64,000 bases of DNA, from positions 70,832-134,831 of the forward strand of contig NZ_JBJKOP010000036.1 in assembly GCF_046707225.1 (NCBI RefSeq). The letters run 5' to 3'. How positions within the stretch are numbered: position 1 is the stretch's first letter; each line of letters begins with the position of its first letter. The notes below the pieces were generated by a model. That model searched no databases, was not told the origin of the DNA, and saw only the letters and a list, made by a program, of their open reading frames with translations. Below, piece by piece: positions 9,608-19,890 of the stretch. The stretch is from Caproicibacter sp. (GTDB lineage Bacteria > Bacillota > Clostridia > Oscillospirales > Acutalibacteraceae). A program made the position numbers and the translations under genes.

Positions 9608-10320
9608 AATGCCTTCTCTTTCCGTGAGCCGCGGTATTTCATCACCTTGGCGGGTACGCCTCCTGCTACCGCCCGGTCGGGAACGTCACGGTTTACCACA
9701 GCGCCTGCGGCGATTACCGCGCCGTCTCCGATTCTAACCCCGTCCAGAATGGTGGCCTTTGCGCCGATCCAGCAGTCGGAGCCGATCTCAATCCCTTTTC
9801 GGACCGTGCCCTGAAGACGGATTGGATCTGCAAGATCCTCATAAACATGGTTTTCCGCGTGAAGGCTGGCCATTGGGCCAAAGATGGTGTTGTCACCGAT
9901 TCTCACGGGCCCTCTCACACCGATAAAACAGCCGGGGGAAAAGCCCACGCAATTCCCGACATTCAGACTTTCGCCCAGCTCCCGCAGAACGCCGGTGCAG
10001 TCAATGATGGTATTTCGCCCGATGGAGACGTTCCTTCCGAAGATAACCCTCTGCCGGCAGAGAGCGTTGATGCATGCTCCGTCTTCAATCAGCAGATTTT
10101 TACCGCAGGAAATATTCCCCGCGCATTTGATTTTTACATGCTTTCCGATCAGGACAATCCCGTCCCTGCGGTGAAACGCAAGCCCTCGAATCCATCCTCT
10201 TGCCAGTTGGCGGAACCTTTCCCAGAAAACACCGCAAAGGTCTTTCAGTTGAATGCGATCCTGCAGAAGGTAAGGCTCGCCTTTCAGCTTCGACAGGAAT
10301 CTTGAAACCGCTTTTCTCAT
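9604..10320 (-). CDS. Hexapeptide-repeat acetyltransferase
   Basis: 238 aa with hexapeptide repeats ([35 protein letters not shown]). ATGA overlap with the downstream GT4. Confidence 0.8.
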   Translation of the reverse strand: MRKAVSRFLSKLKGEPYLLQDRIQLKDLCGVFWERFRQLARGWIRGLAFHRRDGIVLIGKHVKIKCAGNISCGKNLLIEDGACINALCRQRVIFGRNVSIGRNTIIDCTGVLRELGESLNVGNCVGFSPGCFIGVRGPVRIGDNTIFGPMASLHAENHVYEDLADPIRLQGTVRKGIEIGSDCWIGAKATILDGVRIGDGAVIAAGAVVNRDVPDRAVAGGVPAKVMKYRGSRKEKAL

Positions 10321-10333
10321 GTACTTCCGTCCT

Positions 10334-11023
10334 TTAATAGGCGCCCGCCCCGAACAGAACCGCGGGCACCGTTTTCAGAATGGTTTTGAAATCAATCCAT
10401 AAGCACCGTTCCCGGATATACTGTAAATCCAGATTGACCCAGCGTTCAAAGCTGACATCGCTTCTTCCGCTGATCTGCCAGTAACAGGTTAAACCGGGAG
10501 TCACCCGCAGACGCTGCATCTGGTAGGGCGTGTACTGTTCCACTTCCCTTAATAACGGAGGCCGCGGACCGACGATGCTCATTTCACCTTTGAGAATGTT
10601 GATCAGCTGCGGCAGCTCGTCGATGCTTCCTCTCCGGATCAAACGGCCGACGCGCGTCACCCGTGGGTCGTTTGAAATTTTAAATACGGGTCCGTCCGCT
10701 TCATTCAGGTACCGGATGTTTTTCAGCTGGTCTTCGGCGTCCGGACACATGCTGCGGAATTTATAGAGTTTAAAAGGTTTTCCGTTTCTCCCGGCGCGCA
10801 TCTGGGTATAAATGACGGGCCCTCTGGAATCAAGTTTGATGGCGCATGCGGTCAGGAGCAAAAGCGGCGAGAAAAAAACAACCCCCATTATGGAAAGAGT
10901 GATATCAAAAAACCGTTTGAAAAATTCATAGGCCTGCGCCCGATTCTCAGAAAGCAGGGGATACGCCTGCGCGGGGACCTCGCAGGCAACGGTTTCCGCC
11001 TGAAAAGTCACGTCTCGATTCAT
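10334..11023 (-). CDS. Undecaprenyl-phosphate sugar phosphotransferase (priming transferase, bacterial sugar-transferase family)
   Basis: 229 aa. One N-terminal TM segment, then KLYKFRSM...[22 protein letters not shown], the signature of WbaP/EpsL-type transferases. Confidence 0.85.
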   Translation of the reverse strand: MNRDVTFQAETVACEVPAQAYPLLSENRAQAYEFFKRFFDITLSIMGVVFFSPLLLLTACAIKLDSRGPVIYTQMRAGRNGKPFKLYKFRSMCPDAEDQLKNIRYLNEADGPVFKISNDPRVTRVGRLIRRGSIDELPQLINILKGEMSIVGPRPPLLREVEQYTPYQMQRLRVTPGLTCYWQISGRSDVSFERWVNLDLQYIRERCLWIDFKTILKTVPAVLFGAGAY

Positions 11024-11064
11024 TTTTCACTCCTCCCAATCAGACACGAATTTCCCCGGCCGGA

Positions 11065-12138
11065 TCAGCCGTAGATTTGTTTCTGAATCTCCGCGATATT
11101 TTTGGAAAAGTCGATTTTCAGAACGGTCATTCCACGAATGTTCCGGCAGGAAAAGGTTCCGTCGATCGGAATATGACACGATTCCACCTTGTAGTTGGGG
11201 TAAGAAGGCAGAAGCAGGAGCAGCGAGAGCAGTTCTCCCTTGCTCAAATTGGTGGAAATATCCGGTAAAAATGTGTTCAGCAGGCTTGCTGACTCAAAGA
11301 GACTTTGTGTTTTCAGCTTTTCCAGTGCTTTTCTCAGGATCACGCGCTGCCGGTCGGTCCGGTAAAAATCCCCGCTCCCGATGGAGCGGATGCGCGCGTA
11401 GCTTAGCGCCTGTTTTCCATTCAGAACCTGTTTTCCGGCGGAACACAGAACTCCGTCGTTTTCAGAAATGCCGTACCAGAGGTTTATATTTCGGATATAC
11501 TCATTGGCCGCTGCGATTTCGTCGTCGGTGACATCGATTTCAATGCCCCCGATCCGGTCGATGAATTGCATGAAAGAGGAGAAATCCACGGAGATGTAAC
11601 GATCCACCTGTACCTGAAAATTGCGCCGGATGGTCTCAAGAAGAAGGTTTGGCCCACCGAATGCGTTTGCGGCGTTCAGGCGGTTATCCTGTCCGATTCC
11701 GGGAATCCGAAGGTAAATGTCGCGCAGAAAGGATGTAAAGGCCACTCGCTTGGTTCGGCGGTCGATGGAAACCAGTATCATGGTGTCTGAGCGCCCTTTT
11801 TGGCCCGGAACTCTGCTGTCGCTGCCGATCAGAAGAAGGTTGAAAACATTTTGCTTTTCCGGAAGAGAGGCAGCGTCCTTGAGAAGCTGTTCTTCCACGA
11901 GGCTTCCCGGGGCGCCGGATTGATTCTGGGAAGACTCCGGCGCCGTCCGGCTGTCGGAATCGGTAGAGATGACGGGAACAGGGCTTTTTGTTTCCGGGTC
12001 ATAATGAATCCTGTTCAGGTAATAATTGAAGAGGAAGATTCCGGAAAGAAAAAAGAGGAGAAGAACTTCGGCAATCACGGTAGCGGCGATCCAAGCCGCT
12101 TGCTTTCCGGTTCCCTTTCTTTTTCCATGTCTCTTCAT
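11065..12138 (-). CDS. LytR-CpsA-Psr (LCP) family glycopolymer ligase/attenuator
   Basis: 357 aa. N-terminal TM segment, then FNLLLIGSDSR...GRSDTMILVSID (LCP motif). Confidence 0.85.
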   Translation of the reverse strand: MKRHGKRKGTGKQAAWIAATVIAEVLLLFFLSGIFLFNYYLNRIHYDPETKSPVPVISTDSDSRTAPESSQNQSGAPGSLVEEQLLKDAASLPEKQNVFNLLLIGSDSRVPGQKGRSDTMILVSIDRRTKRVAFTSFLRDIYLRIPGIGQDNRLNAANAFGGPNLLLETIRRNFQVQVDRYISVDFSSFMQFIDRIGGIEIDVTDDEIAAANEYIRNINLWYGISENDGVLCSAGKQVLNGKQALSYARIRSIGSGDFYRTDRQRVILRKALEKLKTQSLFESASLLNTFLPDISTNLSKGELLSLLLLLPSYPNYKVESCHIPIDGTFSCRNIRGMTVLKIDFSKNIAEIQKQIYG

Positions 12139-12180
12139 TCTTCAACTTCCTTTTTTTTGCAGGAAAGAGGATTGTTTTTA

Positions 12181-12900
12181 TCATGGGCAGGGTTCACTGG
12201 TTTTGCCGTATCTGTCGTATCGGTATTTGCAATCCCTGGGTTCCGGCTTCATTCCGTTCAAGATGATCCCAAGAATTTTTGCTTCCGCCATTTTCAGCGT
12301 TTCAACGGTTTTGGTCAGCTCCGGATAGGTGGAAATTCCGTCCCGGACGACAAGGATCACCCCGTCGGAGATCTTTGCAAGAGGCAGGGCGTCCACGACG
12401 ATATTGACGGGTGACGTGTCCATGATGATATAGTCATAGTAAGGCTCCAGGCAAGCGAGCAGATTTTTCATTGCAGAACTTGCCAGAAGCTCCGACGGAT
12501 TGGGTACGGCCACGCCGCTGCAGATTACGGACAGATTGGGCTCTTCCGTAGGCCGGGTTACATCTTTCACCCCGCACATGCTTCCAAGATAATTTGTCAG
12601 CCCGACCGTGTTGTCCAGACCGAAGTATTCGTGAATTTTTGGTCTGCGCAGGTCGGAATCGATCAGAAGAACTTTTATATCCACCTGCTGCGCCAGTGAT
12701 TTTGCAAGATTGACGGAAGTTGTGGTTTTTCCTTCCGCATCGAGCGAACTGGTGACGATGACTTTTTTGCATTCCTTTTTCAGCAGAGAAAAAGCAAGGC
12801 TTGTTCTTGCCACTTTATACGCTTCGGTAACCTGAAACGTAAGGCTTGGGTCCGTGAAAGGCTTTTTGGGGTGGCCTTTTTTAAAATGTTGTTTTTTCAA
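12181..12900 (-). CDS. CpsD/CapB-type tyrosine autokinase (BY-kinase catalytic subunit)
   Basis: Walker A VTSSLDAEGKTTTS. Walker B IIMDTSP. C-terminal Tyr cluster CKYRYDRYG. I prefer the TTG start at comp 12898-12900 (AAGGTGGA RBS) to the ORF-track start at 12957. Confidence 0.8.
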   Translation of the reverse strand: MKKQHFKKGHPKKPFTDPSLTFQVTEAYKVARTSLAFSLLKKECKKVIVTSSLDAEGKTTTSVNLAKSLAQQVDIKVLLIDSDLRRPKIHEYFGLDNTVGLTNYLGSMCGVKDVTRPTEEPNLSVICSGVAVPNPSELLASSAMKNLLACLEPYYDYIIMDTSPVNIVVDALPLAKISDGVILVVRDGISTYPELTKTVETLKMAEAKILGIILNGMKPEPRDCKYRYDRYGKTSEPCP

Positions 12901-13594
12901 ATTGGATCCACCTTTTTCCCTTTCTGAAATTTTTATGAAAAGCAGGAATTGCTGCAAGGATTGGAAGATCTAGGTTTCCGGCAAGGTTATCGCTTCTGAT
13001 TTTTAGATTGAAAAACAATTGCAGAAACAGGATAAAAACACAGCCCGCAGCGCCCAGCAAAAAACCCAGGGCGCTGAGCAGCACGTTGTTTGGAAAAGAC
13101 GGCTTTTCGGGAATTACCGCCGGGTCGACGACTTCCAGCGTGGAATTTTTTTTGAGGCTTCCGATGGTGGACGGGGCAAGCGCGGTGATGGAATCGGCAA
13201 TGCTTTTGGCATCGCCCGGCGTGTGTGCGGAGACTTTTGCCTGAAAAACTTCCGTTTGGTTCATCGGAGAGAACTCAATCATTTTTCCAAAATGATCTAC
13301 AGTATCTTTGATGCCGGACCTTTCCATGACCTTTTGGTAAAAACTTCTGGTCTGCAGCATTTCTATATAGGTGTTCACTATTTTCTGGGCGTAGTCGAGG
13401 GCGTTGATGTTCATGGTTGGGTCGGGATTGCTTTCCGGAGTATAAACATACAGCTTCACCGTCGAAACATATGTTTTCGGAACAATATATTTTGATATTC
13501 CATAGGCGGCCGCCGCGCAGAGGAAGGCGCTGAGAAGAATCGGCAGAAATTTTTTTCTGATTAGCTTCAACATCTGTACCATTGATATTTCCAT
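12881..13594 (-). CDS. Wzz/CpsC chain-length determinant (kinase transmembrane modulator)
   Basis: 237 aa. N- and C-terminal TM segments flank a soluble domain. GGAGGA RBS. First gene of the EPS operon. Confidence 0.75.
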   Translation of the reverse strand: MEISMVQMLKLIRKKFLPILLSAFLCAAAAYGISKYIVPKTYVSTVKLYVYTPESNPDPTMNINALDYAQKIVNTYIEMLQTRSFYQKVMERSGIKDTVDHFGKMIEFSPMNQTEVFQAKVSAHTPGDAKSIADSITALAPSTIGSLKKNSTLEVVDPAVIPEKPSFPNNVLLSALGFLLGAAGCVFILFLQLFFNLKIRSDNLAGNLDLPILAAIPAFHKNFRKGKRWIQFEKTTF

Positions 13595-13779
13595 AATTCC
13601 TCCGTGAATTTAAAAAATAGTACATCCTTGAATAGGCTTGTTTCACTTTTCTAATTTCATTTATATGTCGCTTTCCTACAGAAATAACCTTCTCCCGGAT
13701 AAAAAAGAAACCGCTGCGAAAGATCGGCCGGAGCCGTGTCGAAAACGCAAATGCGGCATAAAATGATTGAAAAAGGATA

Positions 13780-13808
13780 TTGACAAAATTGCGATACGCC
13801 TTTATAAT
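13780..13808 (+). promoter_or_regulatory. Consensus sigma-A promoter of the trp leader
   Basis: TTGACA (13780-13785), 17-nt spacer, TATAAT (13803-13808). Confidence 0.75.
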
Positions 13809-13809
13809 A

Positions 13810-14138
13810 AGTCCAATTTCATACGAAAAATCCTGCGAGCAAAGGTAAGTAGCAGACACGGCGGTGTCACAGAGAGCGCGGTAACGGTGAGAGCCGGCAC
13901 ATACGATGGCTGCGAATGGATTTGTGAGGAGCACAGAGAAAGGCTTTGGCCCAGTATCTGCCGCCGCGTCCGCGCGTTACAGCGGAAGGGTATTCATGCG
14001 TTTTGTGCGGCGTACCTGTTTGTAAGCGGCGCAGCATCGCAGTGTACCTGTTTTGAGGGGAACAATTTTTGTTCCCGAATAAGGGTGGCACCACGAGTCC
14101 ATCGTCCCTGATATATCAGGGACGATGGGCTTTTTTTT
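13810..14138 (+). promoter_or_regulatory. T-box riboswitch leader, Trp (UGG) specifier
   Basis: AGAGAG (13871-76) and GGTGAGAG (13886-93) stem-I elements. GAA-UGG-A specifier context (UGG 13917-19). T-box sequence AATAAGGGTGGCACCACGAG (14078-97) abuts the terminator. Sits upstream of trpE. Confidence 0.8.
14099..14138 (+). terminator. Intrinsic terminator of the T-box leader
   Basis: CCATCGTCCCTG-ATATAT-CAGGGACGATGG hairpin followed by GC and a T8 run. Confidence 0.85.
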
Positions 14139-14177
14139 ATTTATTTAAACCCCAAAACGAAAAAAGGAGAATGGGCC

Positions 14178-15644
14178 ATGTTGTATCCGCCGATTGAAAC
14201 CGTAACAACCCTGCTGCAAAATTTTCGAACGGTGCCCGTCTTTTCCGCGGAACTGATGGACTGCCGCACACCCGTCGGAATTTTCGCCGCGCTGAAGGAA
14301 AATTCGAAAAATTGCTTTCTTTTGGAAAGCGTGGAGCAGTCCGAGCGATGGGGACGTTATTCCTTTATCGGCGTGAATCCGAAAGAGGAACTCGTCCTCC
14401 GCGGTGGCGCCGTAACAATTCGGTCGGCGGAAGAGGCTTATGAGGAGCCGGTTACGGATCCGGCGGAATTTTTGGCCGGGTATCTTAAAAAGTACAGGTC
14501 TCCGCATTTTTCCGGGCTTCCCCGATTTACGGGCGGCCTTGCGGGATACTTTGGCTATGATATTCTCCGCTATCTGGAGCCGAAGCTTGGCCGGCCCCCG
14601 CGGAACGATCTTGAGATGCCGGACAGTGTTCTTCACCGGTATGACGAGGTGGTCGCGATCGATCATCTGAGCGGAAAAGCCTATGTGATTCTTCATATCG
14701 ACGGAAACGCGGAGATAAAGCAGCAGTACGGAGCCTGTGAAGAACGGGCAAAGGAGCTTTTCCGGCAGATGGGCGGCGAGCCTAAGCTGGGCGTCCGGAA
14801 AACCTTGGCAGAACCGGTGATTCGATCCAATATTTCAAAACAGGATTTCATCCGCCGTATTGAGACGGCAAAGCGTTTTATCCGTGCCGGGGATATTTTT
14901 CAGGTGGTTCCGTCTCGGCGGTTTGAAGCCGAAAATCCGCCGGACGCGTTTTCGGTGTACCGGATGCTCCGCGCGACGAATCCCTCGCCTTACCTTTACT
15001 ATTTTCAGGCTCCGGATTATCAGATTGCGGGCGCGTCGCCGGAGATGCTCGTCCGGGTCGAGGACGGAGTCGTCATGAACAAGCCGATTGCGGGGACATC
15101 GCCGCGGGGAAGAGACGAAACGGAGGACAGACGGCTGGAACGCGAACTGCTGCGGGATGAAAAGGAATGTGCCGAGCACGCCATGCTGGTCGACCTTGGG
15201 CGAAACGACGTCGGCCGTGTTTCCAAATTCGGCACGGTGAAGGTTTGTGATTTCATGCATGTGGAGAGGGCCTCCAGAGTCATGCATCTGGTCAGTGAGG
15301 TTCATGGAGAGCTGAGAGAGGATAAAACCGCGGTGGATGCGCTTTTTTCCGTTCTTCCGGCGGGAACGCTTTCCGGGGCGCCGAAAATCCGGGCGATGCA
15401 GATCATTGACGAGCTGGAGCCCGTCAAGCGCGGCGTGTACGGTGGGGCGATCGGGTACCTCGGCTTCGACGGAAACGCGGATACCTGCATAGCCATCCGC
15501 ACGGCGCTGTTTCACAACGGAAAGGCTTATGTTCAGGCGGGCATGGGCATTGTGGCCGACAGCGACCCGGAAAAAGAATACGAGGAATCCGCGAACAAGG
15601 CTCAGGCGGTGCTGGAAGCAATTCGGAGGGCGGCGGAATTATGA
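14178..15644 (+). CDS. trpE: Anthranilate synthase component I
   Basis: 488 aa with chorismate-binding motifs (GAIGYLGFDGNADTCIAIRT, SGAPKIRAMQII). First gene after the Trp T-box. Confidence 0.95.
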   Translation: MLYPPIETVTTLLQNFRTVPVFSAELMDCRTPVGIFAALKENSKNCFLLESVEQSERWGRYSFIGVNPKEELVLRGGAVTIRSAEEAYEEPVTDPAEFLAGYLKKYRSPHFSGLPRFTGGLAGYFGYDILRYLEPKLGRPPRNDLEMPDSVLHRYDEVVAIDHLSGKAYVILHIDGNAEIKQQYGACEERAKELFRQMGGEPKLGVRKTLAEPVIRSNISKQDFIRRIETAKRFIRAGDIFQVVPSRRFEAENPPDAFSVYRMLRATNPSPYLYYFQAPDYQIAGASPEMLVRVEDGVVMNKPIAGTSPRGRDETEDRRLERELLRDEKECAEHAMLVDLGRNDVGRVSKFGTVKVCDFMHVERASRVMHLVSEVHGELREDKTAVDALFSVLPAGTLSGAPKIRAMQIIDELEPVKRGVYGGAIGYLGFDGNADTCIAIRTALFHNGKAYVQAGMGIVADSDPEKEYEESANKAQAVLEAIRRAAEL

Positions 15645-17287
15645 TACTTCTTCTCGACAATTACGATAGCTTTACCTATAATCTGCGCGACCGTATCGGC
15701 GTATTTTACCCGGATGTCCGCGTCGTGAGAAGCGATACGATCACCCCGGATGAAATCGGCGCAATGCAACCTGCGGCAATCCTGATTTCCCCCGGGCCGG
15801 GCTACCCGAAGGACGCCGGAGTTTCCGTCGAAGCAGTCCGCAGGTTCAGCGGAAAAATACCCATTCTCGGCGTGTGCCTTGGGCACCAGTCCGTCGGCGA
15901 GGCGTTCGGCGGCAAAACCGTTCCCGCGGAGCGGCTGATGCACGGAAAAGCGAGCCCTATTTCGATTGACGGCGGTTGCCCGCTGTTTTTTGGCCTGCCG
16001 GATAAAATCAGGGCCGCGCGGTATCACTCGTTGATTTTGGAGCGCGGTTCCCTGCCGGACTGCCTGCAAATCACTGCGCTGGACGCGGATGGCCAGATTA
16101 TGGGAGTCCGGCACAAGACGGACCCTACGTTTGGAGTACAGTTTCACCCGGAGTCCGTGATGACTCCGGCGGGGGACAGAATTCTGTATAATTTTTTGAA
16201 AGAGGTGTGCAAATTGGAAATGAAAACAGCCGCGCCGTCGATCCCGGTAGAAAAAAGAGTCGCTCTCAAGCCGTTTCTTGCGAAGGTGGTTGACGGAGAA
16301 AACCTGACGGAAAGGGAAGCCCGCGACGCCATGGACTGCATTATGAGCGATCAAGCGACGGATTCCCAGATCGCGGCGTTTATCACCGCGCTGCGCATGA
16401 AGGGCGAAACCATCGACGAAATCACCGGGTTTGCCAGAATTATGCGCCAAAAGGCAAAGCTCGTTCCAATGTCCCCCGCCGCGGTGGACATTGTCGGGAC
16501 GGGCGGCGATCTTTCGAACAGCTTCAACATTTCCACAACCTCCGCGTTCGTGGCGGCGGGCGCGGGACTCAGGGTGGCAAAGCACGGCAACCGCAGCGTT
16601 TCCAGCAAGAGCGGCGCCGCCGATGTGTTGGAAGCGCTTGGAGTCAGGATTTCTATCACGCCGGAGCAAGCTGCCGAATGTATGGAGCGATGCGGCATGA
16701 CGTTTCTGTTCGCGCAGAGGTTCCACGGCTCCATGCGTTTCGCTGCGGGGCCGCGCCGGGAAACGGGAATCCGGACGGTGTTCAACATCCTCGGCCCTCT
16801 CTCCAATCCCGCGCACGCGGAGGGAATGCTTCTCGGCGTATACGACGAAGCCCTGCTGGAGCCGCTTGCCGAAGTGCTGCGAAATCTTGGCGTAAAGAGC
16901 GCGATGCTGGTACATGGCAACGACGGCCTGGACGAGGTCAGCGTTTCGGACCGGACCGCGGTGTGCGAGATCATGGACGAAAAGCTGCTGCGCTACGAGC
17001 TGAACCCGTGTGACTACGGCATCGGTCTCACAAAGAAAGAGGAGATCGTGGGAGGCACGGCGCAGGAAAACGCGAAAATCACACTGGATGTTTTAAGCGG
17101 TCAAAAGGGCCCGGCAAGGGACATTGTAATTTTGAACGCGGGGTGCGCCCTGTACGTCGGCAAACTGGCGGAAACCATTCAGCGCGGCGTGAATCTTGCG
17201 GAGCATTCCATCGACAGCGGCGCGGCCTTGCAGAAGCTGAGGGAACTAAAGGAACTGACCAACCGCTTTCCGGGTGACGCTTCATGA
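15641..17287 (+). CDS. trpGD: Bifunctional anthranilate synthase component II (glutamine amidotransferase) / anthranilate phosphoribosyltransferase
   Basis: 548 aa. N-terminus ILLLDNYDSFTYNL...GVCLGHQ...FHPES (GATase). C-terminus DIVGTGGDLSNSFNISTTSAFVAAGAG...KHGNRS (TrpD). Confidence 0.9.
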   Translation: MILLLDNYDSFTYNLRDRIGVFYPDVRVVRSDTITPDEIGAMQPAAILISPGPGYPKDAGVSVEAVRRFSGKIPILGVCLGHQSVGEAFGGKTVPAERLMHGKASPISIDGGCPLFFGLPDKIRAARYHSLILERGSLPDCLQITALDADGQIMGVRHKTDPTFGVQFHPESVMTPAGDRILYNFLKEVCKLEMKTAAPSIPVEKRVALKPFLAKVVDGENLTEREARDAMDCIMSDQATDSQIAAFITALRMKGETIDEITGFARIMRQKAKLVPMSPAAVDIVGTGGDLSNSFNISTTSAFVAAGAGLRVAKHGNRSVSSKSGAADVLEALGVRISITPEQAAECMERCGMTFLFAQRFHGSMRFAAGPRRETGIRTVFNILGPLSNPAHAEGMLLGVYDEALLEPLAEVLRNLGVKSAMLVHGNDGLDEVSVSDRTAVCEIMDEKLLRYELNPCDYGIGLTKKEEIVGGTAQENAKITLDVLSGQKGPARDIVILNAGCALYVGKLAETIQRGVNLAEHSIDSGAALQKLRELKELTNRFPGDAS

Positions 17288-18063
17288 TTCTGGATGAAAT
17301 CGCGGAAAAGAGAAAAGAGCAACTGAGACGCGAGAGGAACGCTGTTCCCTATGAGGAAATTCGAAAAGCCGCGGAGCGGGCCGGACCGGCAAGAAATTTT
17401 AAAGCGGCTCTGAGAAAGAAAAAACTTTCGGTAATTGCGGAAGTAAAAAGAGCGTCGCCGTCAAAAGGGCTGATCTGCGCCGAGTTTCATCCGGCGGAGA
17501 TTGCGAACCGTTACGAGGCCGCGGGCGCGGACGCTCTCTCCGTCCTGACGGAGGAGGCCTATTTTCAGGGCTCCTCCCAGGTTCTGCGGGAAGTGAGACG
17601 GGAAACTTCCCTTCCAATCCTGCGAAAGGATTTTGTGATCTCTCCGTATCAGATTTACGAGGCGAGAGCGATCGGAGCGGACGCGGTACTGCTGATTGCC
17701 GCTTTGTTGGACGCGTCCAGGCTCAGCGAGTATAAAGCGCTGGCGGATTCCGTCGGCCTTGCCTGTCTGATGGAGGCCCATAACGAGGAGGAACTGGAAA
17801 AAGTCCTCGGCGCGGGGGCGGAAATCGTGGGGATCAATAACCGCGACCTGAAAACCTTCCGGGTTGATCTAAGCACGACCGCGCGCCTTTCAAAGCTGGT
17901 TCCGGCGGAATGCGTCCTGGTCTCTGAAAGCGGGATTGCCTCCCGTGCGGACATGGAGGCAGCAAAACAGGCGCACGCGGACGCCGTTCTGATCGGGGAG
18001 ATGCTGATGCGCAGTGCGGACCCTGCCGCCCTGCTGCGCGAATGGAGGGGTGATTCGGGTTGA
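17284..18063 (+). CDS. trpC: Indole-3-glycerol-phosphate synthase
   Basis: 259 aa. VIAEVKRASPSKG, ILRKDF, VGINNRDL motifs. Confidence 0.9.
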   Translation: MILDEIAEKRKEQLRRERNAVPYEEIRKAAERAGPARNFKAALRKKKLSVIAEVKRASPSKGLICAEFHPAEIANRYEAAGADALSVLTEEAYFQGSSQVLREVRRETSLPILRKDFVISPYQIYEARAIGADAVLLIAALLDASRLSEYKALADSVGLACLMEAHNEEELEKVLGAGAEIVGINNRDLKTFRVDLSTTARLSKLVPAECVLVSESGIASRADMEAAKQAHADAVLIGEMLMRSADPAALLREWRGDSG

Positions 18064-18695
18064 AAATCAAATTCTGCGGAATCAGGCGGCCGGAAGACGT
18101 CGCTTACATGAATGAATTCCGTCCGGATTACGTCGGTTTTGTCTTTGCCGGGGCAAAACGCCGCGTCACGCCGGAAAAAGCCGCCGCTTTGGCAGGTTTG
18201 CTGGATGCCGGCATCCGGAAGGTCGGCGTCTTTGTCGACGAGCCGCCGGAAAACATTGCCCGCACCGCAAAACTCGCGGGATTGGATGTGGTTCAGCTTC
18301 ACGGATCGGAAACGGCGCAGGGGATTGAAAGGCTGCGCGACCTGCTGCCGGAGGCGGAGATCTGGAAAGCGGTGCGGGTCGAAAACAGCGGCAGTATTCC
18401 GCACGCGCAGAGGCTGGGGGCGGATATGCTGCTCCTGGACAGCTTTTCGGTTACGGAGCAGGGCGGAACCGGAAAAACGGCTGATTTGAATCTGATCCGG
18501 AAAGCAAATCTTTCGTCGCCCTTTTTCCTCGCGGGCGGGCTGAACAGCGGTAACATTGGGCCGATCGTGAGGGAATTCTCTCCCTATGGGGTAGATGTTT
18601 CCAGCGGGATTGAAACCGGCGGCGTGAAAGACCGCCGGAAGATCGAACAAATCATGAGGATTCTTCGGAAAGAATCCGGAAAGGCGGTAGGCTGA
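18060..18695 (+). CDS. trpF: Phosphoribosylanthranilate isomerase
   Basis: 211 aa. TTG start. MKIKFCGI...DYVGFVF...QLHG...FLAGGL. Confidence 0.9.
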   Translation: MKIKFCGIRRPEDVAYMNEFRPDYVGFVFAGAKRRVTPEKAAALAGLLDAGIRKVGVFVDEPPENIARTAKLAGLDVVQLHGSETAQGIERLRDLLPEAEIWKAVRVENSGSIPHAQRLGADMLLLDSFSVTEQGGTGKTADLNLIRKANLSSPFFLAGGLNSGNIGPIVREFSPYGVDVSSGIETGGVKDRRKIEQIMRILRKESGKAVG

Positions 18696-18696
18696 G

Positions 18697-19890
18697 ATGC
18701 AAAAAGTCGGAAGATACGGCGAATTCGGCGGACAATATGTGCCGGAAACGCTGATGAGCGCGGTTCATGAGCTTGAAAGAGCTTACGAATCTTACAGCAA
18801 AGACCCTGAATTCGTCTCCGAACTGGAAAGACTGTACCGCGATTATGCCAATCGCCCGTCTCCGCTTTACTACGCGAAGCGGATGACAGGAGACCTTGGC
18901 GGGGCGAAAATTTACCTCAAGCGCGAAGATTTGAATCATACCGGAGCCCATAAGATCAACAATGTGCTCGGGCAGATTCTTCTGGCGCAGCGCATGGGCA
19001 AAAAAAGAATCATCGCCGAAACCGGCGCGGGACAGCACGGGGTGGCGACCGCGACGGCGGCGGCGATGTTCGGGATGAAATGCGAAGTGTTTATGGGTGT
19101 GAAAGATATGGAGCGCCAGTCTTTGAATGTATACCGCATGGAGCTGCTCGGCGCAAAAGTGACGGGGGTCGAGTCGGGTACCGGCACGCTGAAAGACGCC
19201 GTGAACGAAGCAATGCGCGACTGGGCGACCCATGTGGAGGATACCTATTATCTGATCGGTTCGACGATGGGGCCTCATCCTTACCCGATGATGGTGCGGG
19301 ATTTTCAAAAGGTCATCGGAAAGGAAATCAGAGGGCAGCTTTCCGAATGTGAGGGCAGGCTGCCGGACTGCGTGATTGCATGCGTCGGCGGCGGATCCAA
19401 CGCAATGGGCGCGTTTTATGAGTTTATCCCCGAAAAGGGTGTTCGTCTGCTGGGCGCGGAGGCGGCGGGAAAGGGGGTCGATACAGCACTTCACGCGGCG
19501 ACGGTCACAAAGGGGTCCGCCGGTATCTTCCACGGGATGAAATCGCTGTTCCTTCAAAACGACGAGGGGCAGATCATGCCGGTCTACTCCATTTCCGCCG
19601 GGCTGGATTACCCCGGAATCGGCCCGGAGCACGCCGAGCTTGCCGCAAGCGGGCGCGCGCAATATGTTCCGGTTACGGACGAGGAGGCGGTATGCGCGTT
19701 TGAGTATCTTTCCAAAACGGAGGGGATTATCCCGGCGATAGAATCCGCGCATGCCGTCGCAGCCGCAATGCGGATCGCGCCGGAAATGGAGAGAGATCAA
19801 ATTCTGGTGATCAATCTTTCCGGCCGCGGGGATAAGGATGTTGCCTCAATTGCAAAGTACAGGGGGGTGAAGCTTAATGAACAGGATTGA
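18697..19890 (+). CDS. trpB: Tryptophan synthase beta chain
   Basis: 397 aa. [30 protein letters not shown]. Confidence 0.95.
   Translation: MQKVGRYGEFGGQYVPETLMSAVHELERAYESYSKDPEFVSELERLYRDYANRPSPLYYAKRMTGDLGGAKIYLKREDLNHTGAHKINNVLGQILLAQRMGKKRIIAETGAGQHGVATATAAAMFGMKCEVFMGVKDMERQSLNVYRMELLGAKVTGVESGTGTLKDAVNEAMRDWATHVEDTYYLIGSTMGPHPYPMMVRDFQKVIGKEIRGQLSECEGRLPDCVIACVGGGSNAMGAFYEFIPEKGVRLLGAEAAGKGVDTALHAATVTKGSAGIFHGMKSLFLQNDEGQIMPVYSISAGLDYPGIGPEHAELAASGRAQYVPVTDEEAVCAFEYLSKTEGIIPAIESAHAVAAAMRIAPEMERDQILVINLSGRGDKDVASIAKYRGVKLNEQD

Noticed and set aside
14145-14696. 183-aa minus-strand ORF overlapping the trpE start and the T-box terminator.
   Set aside because: It is antisense to trpE, has no motif and would run into the leader terminator. 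It is a shadow ORF.
15602-16915. Long antisense ORFs inside recognisable genes. Examples: 15602-16915, 17655-18650, 18652-19800, 32800-33732, 37120-38196, 39591-40367, 42628-43299, 45044-45859, 46540-47346, 59495-60361.
   Set aside because: All lie opposite or out of frame to genes with strong family motifs. Their translations are Arg/Pro/Gly/His-rich and low in complexity, and they lack RBSs. These are typical shadow ORFs of GC-rich coding DNA.
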